Source: Akkermansiaceae bacterium UBA956 (GTDB taxonomy: Bacteria > Verrucomicrobiota > Verrucomicrobiia > Verrucomicrobiales > Akkermansiaceae). Taken from it: a DNA stretch of 64,000 nt. The notes under the pieces are model-generated. The model had not been told where the DNA came from, did not search any database, and saw only the letters and a list, made by a program, of their open reading frames with translations. The stretch is from positions 217,759 through 281,758 of the forward strand of contig DBCO01000010.1 of NCBI GenBank assembly GCA_002293145.1, written 5' to 3'. Made by a program: the position numbers and the translations under genes. Of this stretch, positions 1 through 8,766 are shown piece by piece; position 1 is the stretch's first letter; the number at the start of each line of letters is the position of its first letter.

Positions 1-75
1 AAAATATTATACTGAACGATAGATACTCGGGGCCTAATAGACCTAATACAATAGGTAGGAGATGGGCAGGGGCGC

Positions 76-3000
76 TTACATCAAACTCTCAATTAAGCGC
101 TCGCGATCGACACGAATGCACCAGTTTTCGATGTTTTGAATCTGGCCCGATGCCTCATCGTAGGTGCGATGCACACGACATTGCACCACGGTCTCTGCAT
201 GTTGGATCATCGTCGGCAAGCGGTCTTCCGGAAATGCCATAATCAGTTGCAAACCAAAATTGCGCGCTAGCGCAAGGCAGTCATCGATGCGATCGCCCGA
301 TAATTTCGAGAAGGCCTCATCCATGATGACGATGCCGAGATTGCAGTTCTGATGCTTACGCCCGAGGTCGTAGACGCGTTGAAATGCCGCCAGCATCGCC
401 ACGAAAAACGGCGCTTGGTTTTCACCGCCCGATTGCTTTTTGGCATTCTTGTTGAGCGAGATCGCTGCCGCATCGGTCTTGCCCGCAGGGATCGCTTGGA
501 TGTCCCACTGGTGGTAATAGCGATAATCTAACGCTTTCTGATGGCGCGGATCTTCGGCATTTTCGATGGCTGTCATCAGTGCTTCCTTGGCTCGCTCGAT
601 TTCTTCTTTGCCACCTGCGGCAAAAAGTTCCAGACCCGCGCTCAGACCTTTTTCCACCAGCGTCCAGATGGCACTATGGGCGCGATCCATGCGCATCGAG
701 AGCTGATACTTCCAGCCGCCGATGTTGTGATCCATCGCCCGATTCAGCTCGCGTTTGGTGCGCTCTGCTTCTTCGAGTTTCTCTTTCAAAACATCGAGCA
801 CTTGATGCTGCAAACGCTCTTCCCACTCGCGGCGTGCATCTTCGGCTGCCGTCGTATAGCGCTCGAGTTCGTGCGTTTCGAGCTCAGTACAACGAGCTTG
901 ATAAGCCGCATTGCCTTCATCATTGACATCAAAACTATCAGCAATTTCGCGATGCGTTTCTGCTAGAGCGCGGCGCTCCATATCACGTTCACGGCGTGCT
1001 TTGTCGGCATCAGCCACGCAGCTGTGAATGATGGCCGATGCTCCCTCGATGCGCTGTGGCCAGCGAGGGTATTGCTTTATCGCCTGCACGATGCGCTCTT
1101 GAATCTCAGCATCGCGGATCTGCGGGGTTCTCTCTCGCGATAGATTTCTTTGCAATCGCGCCTCACTTTCTTCCTCCTGCAAACTGACAATCGCATCGAT
1201 CAATTCGCGTTCTTTTTGCGAAAAATCTTGGATCACAACCATCAACTTGCCTTTGCGTTCATTCAAGCCAAGCAAGGTTTTGTGAAGTTGATTCATCTGT
1301 GCAACAGCCGCTTCTCGTGCGGGGGTGGCAAGCAATTTGATCGTCTCATCAAGCTGCAACAATTGCTTACGTAAATCAGGTAAACGATGCAAGCGCGAGG
1401 TGCCTGAGGGGCGTTCACCCTGGGAAAGATTCCATTCATTTCCTCGATGCAGAAAATTTCTCCATTGATCCCGTCGATGTTTGATCGCGACGAGTTCTTG
1501 CTGCGTTTGCTCCAATTCTGATACTCGCAAATCTCGCAAACGCCGCATGCCTTCTTCGCCGATGCTTAGCTCGCGCGAGGGTGTAATCAATCGACGATGC
1601 GGCGGATCCTTGAGCCATCCATCTTGCGAAAACCCACGCGCATGTTTTTCCAGTGCCTGCACATCGGCCACGCAAATCATATCACCAAAGGCGTGCTGAA
1701 GGTATTGCTGCGCGAGTGGATGCTTGGTCTCAAACAAAGCCGCTACGCTGCCGGCCTTAACCGAGCTACTCGCATCAGAAATTTCCTTAGGATTCACCAG
1801 CCATTCATCGGGCAGGCGTTGTTGTCGCGCCTGCTCCCACGCTGCGGCGAAATCATCGACCAAAATCGCATGACGTTTGTTGCCTAACAGATTCTCGAGT
1901 AAGGGCCACCATGCCTCGGCTTCTTCTTTTACCTCGATCACGCGGGCTAATGCTTCTGCACGCTGGCCTCGTGATTTCAGATGATCGAGCAAAGGTGACG
2001 ACATCGTGCTTCCCTTGCGCTGAAGCTCTTCAATGTCACGATTCAATCGGGCTTGCTTGTTTTCCAGTTCACGGATTTTATCGTCTAAGGGCCGCAGTTC
2101 ATCATGGGCCTGTGATTTAAGCATTTCAAATACTGCAGGCATGCGTTCCACTGCATCCAAGCCTGCACCTTCGTCAGTGCCTTGCATCGCCTTGAGTCGG
2201 GTATCGGCAATGGTAGGAATATCTAACAAAAGCTCTTCCGCGTGGCGTAACCATTGCTTCCAGTGTGTGGTCTTGGTGTAGAGAAATTCTTTGGCGGACT
2301 TGGCTGCATCGCGTAATTGATCGACCTCTTTGCTGAGCTCGGTATGCTTGTGACGATTTTCATTGAGCATCGCCACCTGGCTATCCTTGCCAGCGACCAA
2401 GCAGACCGCCTGATACTGATAATCGGTCTCGGAAATTTCCCGCATCACCGACTCGTGCGCGGCGAGGTCTTCGGCATTTTGGATGCACAGGGATTCCAAG
2501 CGATCTTTGCGTTGCTGCAGTGCTTCTTCTTTTTCGATATGGATCAAGGCATCGCGCAGGTGACGGTAAATTTTCTCTTCCGTAGCCGCACGCTCATAGC
2601 ATGTATGCTGATCACAAATGCGCTTCAATCGCTCATACTGATCTTGCATTTTTCCGAGCCGATCTTGGGCGCGACGATGAGCATCCACGCTCATGCGCAC
2701 GGCTTTGACATCAGGCAATCCAGGCTCTAACAAATAATCGCGAATGAAGCGCTCGAACGACTCGACGGGCTGAAATGCCATCGAATTCGGCAGCGTTTTG
2801 TTCATCTGAATGCGATCAAATCCCAGATGCACGCGGCTGGCCATTTCATCGAGATACGAGGCTTGGCGATCAAACAACTCACCGCCGAGGTCGCGTTTGA
2901 CATGCACGCGAAATTCGTTTTCGGGCATGAACTCATCTTGATCATGCAGATTTTTCACGAAAAAATTCACCGGGTCGAGCCGTTGCGGCAAGGTGAACCA

Positions 3001-3396
3001 CAGCGTACGCGGCTTCGCTGTCGGGCTTTCGTATTCGATGCGCGCGCCCCATGTTTCACGGCGGATTGCTCCGTTTGCGTCAGCGGGCCAGGCAAATTCC
3101 AGCGCAGCGAAAGTAACGCTTGATTGGCGCAGATAACGCTCCTGACCATCGGCCGATTGCGTATTGGTATCGCAAAGGCAGTAACCGCGCAAGGAGCGAC
3201 CACTGCCAGCACCAGCGGCGGCTTTGTTGAATCGGCTGAGGTTTTCGCCAAGCATCACAAACTGAATTAAGTCTAACAAAACGCTCTTGCCCGAGCCATT
3301 CGCGCCGGTAATGAGCGTGAGGCCAGAGAGGTCGATCATTTTCTGATAGCCATACCAATTGATCGCAATGATGCGGCTGATGTGAACGCGTTTCAT
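76..3396 (-). CDS. jetC: SMC-like ATPase, JetC/MksB family (Wadjet or MksBEF-type condensin ATPase)
   Basis: 1106-aa ORF. N-terminal Walker A LITGANGSGKSVLLD, then an ~800-aa Glu/Arg/Leu/Gln-rich helical (coiled-coil-like) middle. C-terminal ABC signature QSGGENQ and Walker B GIVIMDEAFSKL. ATGA start/stop overlap with jetB at 3393-3396. Third gene of an A-B-C operon. Confidence 0.85.
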   Translation of the reverse strand: MKRVHISRIIAINWYGYQKMIDLSGLTLITGANGSGKSVLLDLIQFVMLGENLSRFNKAAAGAGSGRSLRGYCLCDTNTQSADGQERYLRQSSVTFAALEFAWPADANGAIRRETWGARIEYESPTAKPRTLWFTLPQRLDPVNFFVKNLHDQDEFMPENEFRVHVKRDLGGELFDRQASYLDEMASRVHLGFDRIQMNKTLPNSMAFQPVESFERFIRDYLLEPGLPDVKAVRMSVDAHRRAQDRLGKMQDQYERLKRICDQHTCYERAATEEKIYRHLRDALIHIEKEEALQQRKDRLESLCIQNAEDLAAHESVMREISETDYQYQAVCLVAGKDSQVAMLNENRHKHTELSKEVDQLRDAAKSAKEFLYTKTTHWKQWLRHAEELLLDIPTIADTRLKAMQGTDEGAGLDAVERMPAVFEMLKSQAHDELRPLDDKIRELENKQARLNRDIEELQRKGSTMSSPLLDHLKSRGQRAEALARVIEVKEEAEAWWPLLENLLGNKRHAILVDDFAAAWEQARQQRLPDEWLVNPKEISDASSSVKAGSVAALFETKHPLAQQYLQHAFGDMICVADVQALEKHARGFSQDGWLKDPPHRRLITPSRELSIGEEGMRRLRDLRVSELEQTQQELVAIKHRRDQWRNFLHRGNEWNLSQGERPSGTSRLHRLPDLRKQLLQLDETIKLLATPAREAAVAQMNQLHKTLLGLNERKGKLMVVIQDFSQKERELIDAIVSLQEEESEARLQRNLSRERTPQIRDAEIQERIVQAIKQYPRWPQRIEGASAIIHSCVADADKARRERDMERRALAETHREIADSFDVNDEGNAAYQARCTELETHELERYTTAAEDARREWEERLQHQVLDVLKEKLEEAERTKRELNRAMDHNIGGWKYQLSMRMDRAHSAIWTLVEKGLSAGLELFAAGGKEEIERAKEALMTAIENAEDPRHQKALDYRYYHQWDIQAIPAGKTDAAAISLNKNAKKQSGGENQAPFFVAMLAAFQRVYDLGRKHQNCNLGIVIMDEAFSKLSGDRIDDCLALARNFGLQLIMAFPEDRLPTMIQHAETVVQCRVHRTYDEASGQIQNIENWCIRVDRERLIESLM

Positions 3397-4022
3397 GAGT
3401 CTTGGAGAGAGGTAGGAGCTTGGTAAAGTGCGAGGCGATCGAGGTAGGCTTCGAGCGAATCAAAGGGAATCACGCGCGGCAGACTAGGGAGAATTTCGAT
3501 GATCATTTCGCCGAGTTGCGTCGCGCCCTCGGGCTTGCTGGTGCGCACCAATCGATGACGCTTGAATTTGCCTAGCATCGTTTCGAGATGGGTTTTTTCT
3601 GGTGGGTCGATTTTATCAAAAGTGTTGCGAAATTTTTGCCAAACTTCATCGACGGGAAGGATGACTGTCTGGTGAGCATGATTGCTGCGCTCGTCATCCC
3701 AAGCACGCCACAATACTAACAGAAGCAGCGTTTCATCCTTGCTAAACTGCGCCAACAACGCGCAATCTTCACTGCGAGGTTGTGCTTGCAGCAAACAAAA
3801 ATCATCATCGATGATCAAACTCATACCCAGCACCGAGAGGTAATCTTCGAGATGCTTTTGGTAATGATCGCGCACTAACAGAAATTGATCGCGGCCCGAT
3901 GCGGTATCGCCAAGGATCACTCCACGACCTAACAAATCCGCAAGCACCTCACGCAACGAGGCCCGGTCTTCCTCAGGAACCTCCGACCAAAACGACGGCC
4001 AATTTTTATGGGATTCAGACAT
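3393..4022 (-). CDS. jetB: JetB/MksE-like subunit (DUF4194-type)
   Basis: 209-aa acidic ORF between jetA and jetC. The segment LLGRGVILGD...DQFLLVRDHYQKHLEDYLSVLGMSLIIDDDF resembles DUF4194 proteins as I remember them. It is translationally coupled (ATGA) to jetC and lies 14 nt after the jetA stop. Confidence 0.75.
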   Translation of the reverse strand: MSESHKNWPSFWSEVPEEDRASLREVLADLLGRGVILGDTASGRDQFLLVRDHYQKHLEDYLSVLGMSLIIDDDFCLLQAQPRSEDCALLAQFSKDETLLLLVLWRAWDDERSNHAHQTVILPVDEVWQKFRNTFDKIDPPEKTHLETMLGKFKRHRLVRTSKPEGATQLGEMIIEILPSLPRVIPFDSLEAYLDRLALYQAPTSLQDS

Positions 4023-4036
4023 GATGGGGAAATGCT

Positions 4037-5518
4037 TTATTTCTTACGGGTAATGGTGAAACGATCGAGCATCCAGCCGGAGTGTGGATCGCGGAGGATG
4101 GCTTCGGGTTCGAGCCCGAGCGGGCGACTTGGGCTATCGACTTGCCAGGTGATGCTTTTGCCACTGATGCCCACCGCTGTTTCAAAGGCTGCGATGGCTA
4201 ATAGATCGAGCAATTCATCGTCATCACTGGCACGAAAGGCATCGGTGCTGAGTTCGCCTATGGCAGCTGGCAATAATTGCTGCAATAAGCGCGCGGCACG
4301 TTGTGGCGTGAGAGCTAGCCGTTGGCGCTCGCGCAGGCCAGCCATGGTGTCCTCGACGTTTTCCTCGCGATTGATGCCTTGGGAATCGAAGCTCAAGTCG
4401 GCACTGCCCTTGCTCTTGCGAACTCGCGCCAGCGAATCGGTGCCGTAGTAGCATTTCATCTCGGATACCAGTGGTGAAAAATCAGCGGCCTGATCACGAA
4501 GATGCGAGGTCTTTTGTTGTTCGTGCTGCTGATTGATGGCATCGCAGTAATTTTTGACGATCTCAGGCTTACGACCACGCAGTTCAGTTTGATAACGATA
4601 GCGTTGCAGGGAGAGATGATTGAACGAGGCCATGCGCGCATCGATGCTCTCAGCGATCAAGCGAATGCTCGCCAACTTGCGCTCGACATTGCGCAGCATT
4701 TTTTCACTATGATGATAGGCCTCGCTCGGATCGTAACTGTAATGAAGCTGGAGATCCTGGGCGAGTTGCTCACGGACCAGCGGATTATCGCGGTGGTCTG
4801 CCATTTGCAACCGCAGCGCCTGGATCCGCGGCAGCAGTCCACCACGACGCAAGGAATCATAGCAAACCATGTGCTGGCCCACGCCAAATTCCGCATACAG
4901 CAGACGCAAAGTCTCCGCTGGAGTATCGCTGAGACGTTGCTTGCGGTCAAAGATCGCGATGAGTTTTTCCACGCCATGCAACTGAACAATCGCATGCTCC
5001 AGACGCGCCGTGACATCGCTCAAGACAGAACGCATTTGCCCTTCTTGTCCTACTTCTAGCAGAAAAACATCGGTTTTTTCGAGCGTATTGCACACTCCTT
5101 TCAAGGTGTCCGCAAAAGTTTTAAGCTCGGCAATTTCATCCTCTGCGAGATCGCGCAACATCCGCAACAAAGGCCGCAATCCTGGTGAAATCAGCGCGTA
5201 ACGTTCATGCAGACCAAGCTGCTGATCCTCCATCCAACGCGCATCGCAGAGTCGATTGAACAACTGCCCCGCCCGCTGCCGCGCATCCCGCATGTTCGCG
5301 CCCTCATCGTCCTCCAACTTGATGTCAGGATGCGCCGAGATCACTTCGCGGATGATCGCGATCGCATCCGCATGCGGCAAACGCCCGGCCTCACCCGCTT
5401 CCTCCGCCAAACGCTCCGCGCAATCGACATAGATCGCCGAGGACGGACGCGATAGCGGCCGGAAAAACTCCTGCGACACATTCGCCAGCAATTTTCGACT
5501 CAAGGAAGCTTCACTCAT
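4037..5518 (-). CDS. jetA: JetA/MksF-like subunit (DUF3375-type, kleisin-like)
   Basis: The ORF extends to 5560, but the ATG at 5518 (MSEASLSRK...) is the likelier start, giving 493 aa. Size and position ahead of a ~200-aa gene and a ~1100-aa SMC-like gene match JetA/MksF. The assignment rests mostly on operon architecture. Confidence 0.7.
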   Translation of the reverse strand: MSEASLSRKLLANVSQEFFRPLSRPSSAIYVDCAERLAEEAGEAGRLPHADAIAIIREVISAHPDIKLEDDEGANMRDARQRAGQLFNRLCDARWMEDQQLGLHERYALISPGLRPLLRMLRDLAEDEIAELKTFADTLKGVCNTLEKTDVFLLEVGQEGQMRSVLSDVTARLEHAIVQLHGVEKLIAIFDRKQRLSDTPAETLRLLYAEFGVGQHMVCYDSLRRGGLLPRIQALRLQMADHRDNPLVREQLAQDLQLHYSYDPSEAYHHSEKMLRNVERKLASIRLIAESIDARMASFNHLSLQRYRYQTELRGRKPEIVKNYCDAINQQHEQQKTSHLRDQAADFSPLVSEMKCYYGTDSLARVRKSKGSADLSFDSQGINREENVEDTMAGLRERQRLALTPQRAARLLQQLLPAAIGELSTDAFRASDDDELLDLLAIAAFETAVGISGKSITWQVDSPSRPLGLEPEAILRDPHSGWMLDRFTITRKK

Positions 5519-5666
5519 ACTACGGACGCCCACGTTGCGCAGCGGCGGAAAAAATTGCAACCTCTAGTTTTCTTGCCGATTTTCTTTGACATACCAGCAA
5601 CTAGGGGTTGCGCATGACCCCGATTTCCCCTATTGCCGCACCTCACCACCACGAAATCTTCCAATT

Positions 5667-7100
5667 ATGAGCCTTCCAATCACAAGAAAAAGCGACTTCG
5701 GACTTATCGGACTGGCCGTCATGGGCCAAAATCTCGTTCTCAATGTAGAATCCCGCGGCTTCCAAGTCAGCGTTTTCAACCGCACCACCGCCACTACCGA
5801 TGAATTCGTTGCGGCTCATTCCGACAAAAAACTCGTCGGTGCCCACACGCTCGTAGATTTCGTGCAATCTCTCGCCACCCCGCGCAAGATCCAGATCATG
5901 GTCAAAGCCGGCGGCCCCGTGGATACCGTGATCGAGCAACTCATCCCCCTGCTCGACCAAGGTGACATTATCATCGATGGCGGAAATTCCCTCTACACCG
6001 ATACCGAGCGCCGCGATGCGTACCTTTCCGAAAAAGGCCTGCGCTTCATTGGTGCTGGCGTTTCTGGTGGTGAAGAAGGCGCCCGTAAAGGCCCATCGAT
6101 CATGCCCGGTGGGCCACTCTCGACCTGGGATGTAATGAAGCCAATTTTCGAATCCATTTCAGCCAAAGTTGACGGCGAACCTTGCGTGACCCACATCGGC
6201 CCTGGCGGTGCAGGTCATTACGTAAAAATGATCCACAACGGCATCGAGTACGGCGACATGCAGCTGATTTGCGAAGCCTACAACATCTTCAAATCCGCTG
6301 GATTCACCGCCGCAGAACTGGGCGAAGTTTTCTCCTCATGGAACAGTGGTGACCTCGAAAGCTACCTGATCCAAATCACTGCCGAGATTTTCAAACAAAT
6401 CGATCCCGAGACCGGAAAAGCACTCGTCGATCTCATCCTCGACACCGCAGGCCAAAAGGGCACTGGCAAGTGGACCATCATGAACGCCGTCGAAAACACC
6501 GTGGTCATCTCCACCATCAACGCCGCTGTCGAAGCCCGCATCCTTTCCTCGATGAAAGACAAACGTGTCGCCGCCAGCACCGAGTTGCAAGGTCCAACCG
6601 CCAGCATCACCGGAGAAAAAGCCGTATTGGTCAAAAAGGTCCACGATGCCCTTTTCGCCTCGAAAATCATTTCCTACGCCCAAGGCCTCGACCTCATCAA
6701 AACCATGGGTGCCGAGAAAAACTGGGGTCTCGACCTCGGAAAAATCGCAGCCATCTGGCGCGGCGGCTGCATCATCCGTGCTCGTTTCCTCAACGACATC
6801 ACCGATGCCTATCGCAGCAATCCTGAGCTCAGCAACCTGATGCTCGCCCCCTTCTTCACCAAGCTCCTCAACGAGTTCCAACAAAACTGGCGCGAAGTGG
6901 TATCCCTCGCCACCCTCAACGGCATCCCCGTTCCTGCGTTCAGCGCCTCGCTCGGCTACTACGACAGCTACCGCGCCGCGGTTCTTCCCGCCAACCTGCT
7001 GCAAGCTCAGCGCGACTTCTTCGGCGCACACACCTACGAGCGCACCGACAAACCACGCGGCCAATTCTTCCACACCAACTGGCCCGACGTGATTGGCTAA
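5667..7100 (+). CDS. gnd: 6-phosphogluconate dehydrogenase, decarboxylating
   Basis: DFGLIGLAVMGQNLVLNVESRGF NAD(P)-binding fold, plus IIDGGNS, GAGVSGGEEGARKGPSIMPGG, HYVKMIHNGIEYGDMQLI and RDFFGAHTYERTD. The ORF track starts at a TTG at 5586. The ATG at 5667 (MSLPITRKSDFGLIG) matches homologue N-termini. Confidence 0.95.
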   Translation: MSLPITRKSDFGLIGLAVMGQNLVLNVESRGFQVSVFNRTTATTDEFVAAHSDKKLVGAHTLVDFVQSLATPRKIQIMVKAGGPVDTVIEQLIPLLDQGDIIIDGGNSLYTDTERRDAYLSEKGLRFIGAGVSGGEEGARKGPSIMPGGPLSTWDVMKPIFESISAKVDGEPCVTHIGPGGAGHYVKMIHNGIEYGDMQLICEAYNIFKSAGFTAAELGEVFSSWNSGDLESYLIQITAEIFKQIDPETGKALVDLILDTAGQKGTGKWTIMNAVENTVVISTINAAVEARILSSMKDKRVAASTELQGPTASITGEKAVLVKKVHDALFASKIISYAQGLDLIKTMGAEKNWGLDLGKIAAIWRGGCIIRARFLNDITDAYRSNPELSNLMLAPFFTKLLNEFQQNWREVVSLATLNGIPVPAFSASLGYYDSYRAAVLPANLLQAQRDFFGAHTYERTDKPRGQFFHTNWPDVIG

Positions 7101-7438
7101 AAAATCCCCACACCTTGGACTGCGGAAGCCCTGCTGCCGCTTTCCCACAGGCAGCCTGCTGCCGTCGGCCCCGGTGCCCAAAAACCTCCCACTTCCCGTA
7201 TTTGACTGCCCACTCATTTCGAATAACGCTTTCTTCCTTGTGCCTCAAGCGCACCAACGGTGCACCGCCATTCCCAATTACGTGAGGCGAAGCCTTTTAC
7301 GCGACGAACGGAAGAAGAAAAAATGCATGCAATATCGACAAAAATCGTATCTTTCAGTAGCGTAATCCCACTTGATATTCCCCGGTGGAATCCTACTAAC
7401 AAGCACTGTTCGCCATTAAATTTCCAACTGAAACCGCT

Positions 7439-7723
7439 ATGGACAAAGACATACAAGAGTTAATCCCGGAAGCACATAGGGATTTAATTGAAGCTGTTCC
7501 AAAAGGGTTCTCACAATCCAGTGCTTTTGGAGGTATTCTGCTTGGAGGACTTCTTGGAGCAATCGCATGCATGCTTGTTGCGAATTGGATGATCCCGATA
7601 GTCTTCGGCGCGCTATTGATCGCCCAGCGGATTTGGGTCTGGAGGAGCGACAAGGGATTCGATAAGCGCGTTAAGGAATTAAAGGAGCGTGGTTTGGCTT
7701 GGAAGACCGGAGATGCCACATAA
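7439..7723 (+). CDS. hypothetical small membrane protein (2 predicted TM helices)
   Basis: 94-aa ORF with hydrophobic stretches FGGILLGGLLGAIACMLVANW and IPIVFGALLIAQRIWVW. No recognisable family. It stands alone in an ORF-poor 1.6-kb region. Confidence 0.4.
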   Translation: MDKDIQELIPEAHRDLIEAVPKGFSQSSAFGGILLGGLLGAIACMLVANWMIPIVFGALLIAQRIWVWRSDKGFDKRVKELKERGLAWKTGDAT

Positions 7724-8078
7724 GAATCAAAGAAGGCGAACAAGCCGTGCGTGGCAAACGGCGATAACGTCCCTCGTTGATTCGAAGCTTGATCCGCCGG
7801 TGCCTCCATATCTAACGTTCGCCGGGCTGCCAATCTACTATTCCAGGCTTACCGTTGCCGGCACTGGGAAACCCGCTACCCGCCCCGAAGTCTGAGGGGC
7901 GCGACAAACCTCAACCTGAATCGGATGGGCACTCCCTCCGATAAGGGTGCATGTGCTTTTACGTTAGTTAAAACACTCTATGCGATTTCCGAATTTTTTG
8001 ATATTTGCTTCATTGCTCTGATGCAAAGGTTCTCGATCGGTGCACCCAACAAATGAAACGCCAGCCCCAGAAAACGCT

Positions 8079-8510
8079 ATGAAAGATAAATATCCCGATG
8101 TGATGGATTTGAAAAAGGTCGGAACTTACCCGGCGTTGGCTGGGTCAGGAGGCGGATACGTTTGGGATGAGGTCCTTGAATATCGTGTCTGGTGCCACCC
8201 AGAAAACGGAGCAGTAGATGAATTTGAAGGCGATGACTACTACTATAGTTTTGAGACCTATGCCGACGCCGAGCAGTTTGCCCATGCCACGAATGGTGCC
8301 GAAAGCCCGCTGGCGCTGATTCTCCAGCGAGAATACATTGAAGAGGCCGAGCCAGGAGAATATCGCCACGTCAAGGAGGAGCGAATCACGGAATGGCCCG
8401 TTGAGTTTATCCAACGCCCTCGAAGAACCCCGACGACCATTCCGAATTTCTTAGCCCCCGATGACCCTGAAAACCGCATGGCGATTCTGCGAGGTAGTGC
8501 ATCTCCTTGA
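8079..8510 (+). CDS. hypothetical acidic protein
   Basis: 143 aa from the ATG at 8079 (the track starts at a GTG at 8040). Composition is compositionally normal (YVWDEVLEYRVWCHPENGAVDEFEGDDYYYSFETYADAEQFA). No family recognised. It is followed by a hairpin plus T-run. Confidence 0.5.
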   Translation: MKDKYPDVMDLKKVGTYPALAGSGGGYVWDEVLEYRVWCHPENGAVDEFEGDDYYYSFETYADAEQFAHATNGAESPLALILQREYIEEAEPGEYRHVKEERITEWPVEFIQRPRRTPTTIPNFLAPDDPENRMAILRGSASP

Positions 8511-8673
8511 ATGATATAACTACAAAGCATCGCTGGTCCTGTGAGGCATAAGGTGCTGGGCGGATGGAAGAGTTAGGGTGAACTTAGTGTTGTTAATCGG
8601 AAGGTGGCAATCATCTCGTGACGATGTCATAGGAAATGGTTGGGACTTTGGGTATCCTGCCGTCGGCAGTAGG

Positions 8674-8716
8674 CTTCCGCAGTCCATGGCCGCTAACTTC
8701 TGCGGAGGATTTTTTG
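8674..8716 (+). terminator. possible intrinsic terminator after the 143-aa gene
   Basis: CTTCCGCAG (8674-8682) pairs with CTGCGGAGG (8700-8708), including one G-U pair, across a 17-nt loop. ATTTTTTG follows at 8709-8716. Confidence 0.35.
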
Positions 8717-8766
8717 CGCCCAGTTTGAATTGCCTCCGATGTAGTCCATATTGCATAACGCGATGA

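Noticed and set aside
6336-7217. 293-aa ORF on the minus strand
   Set aside because: Antisense shadow of gnd, which has unambiguous 6PGDH motifs. The Gly/Val/Glu-rich product has no family features.
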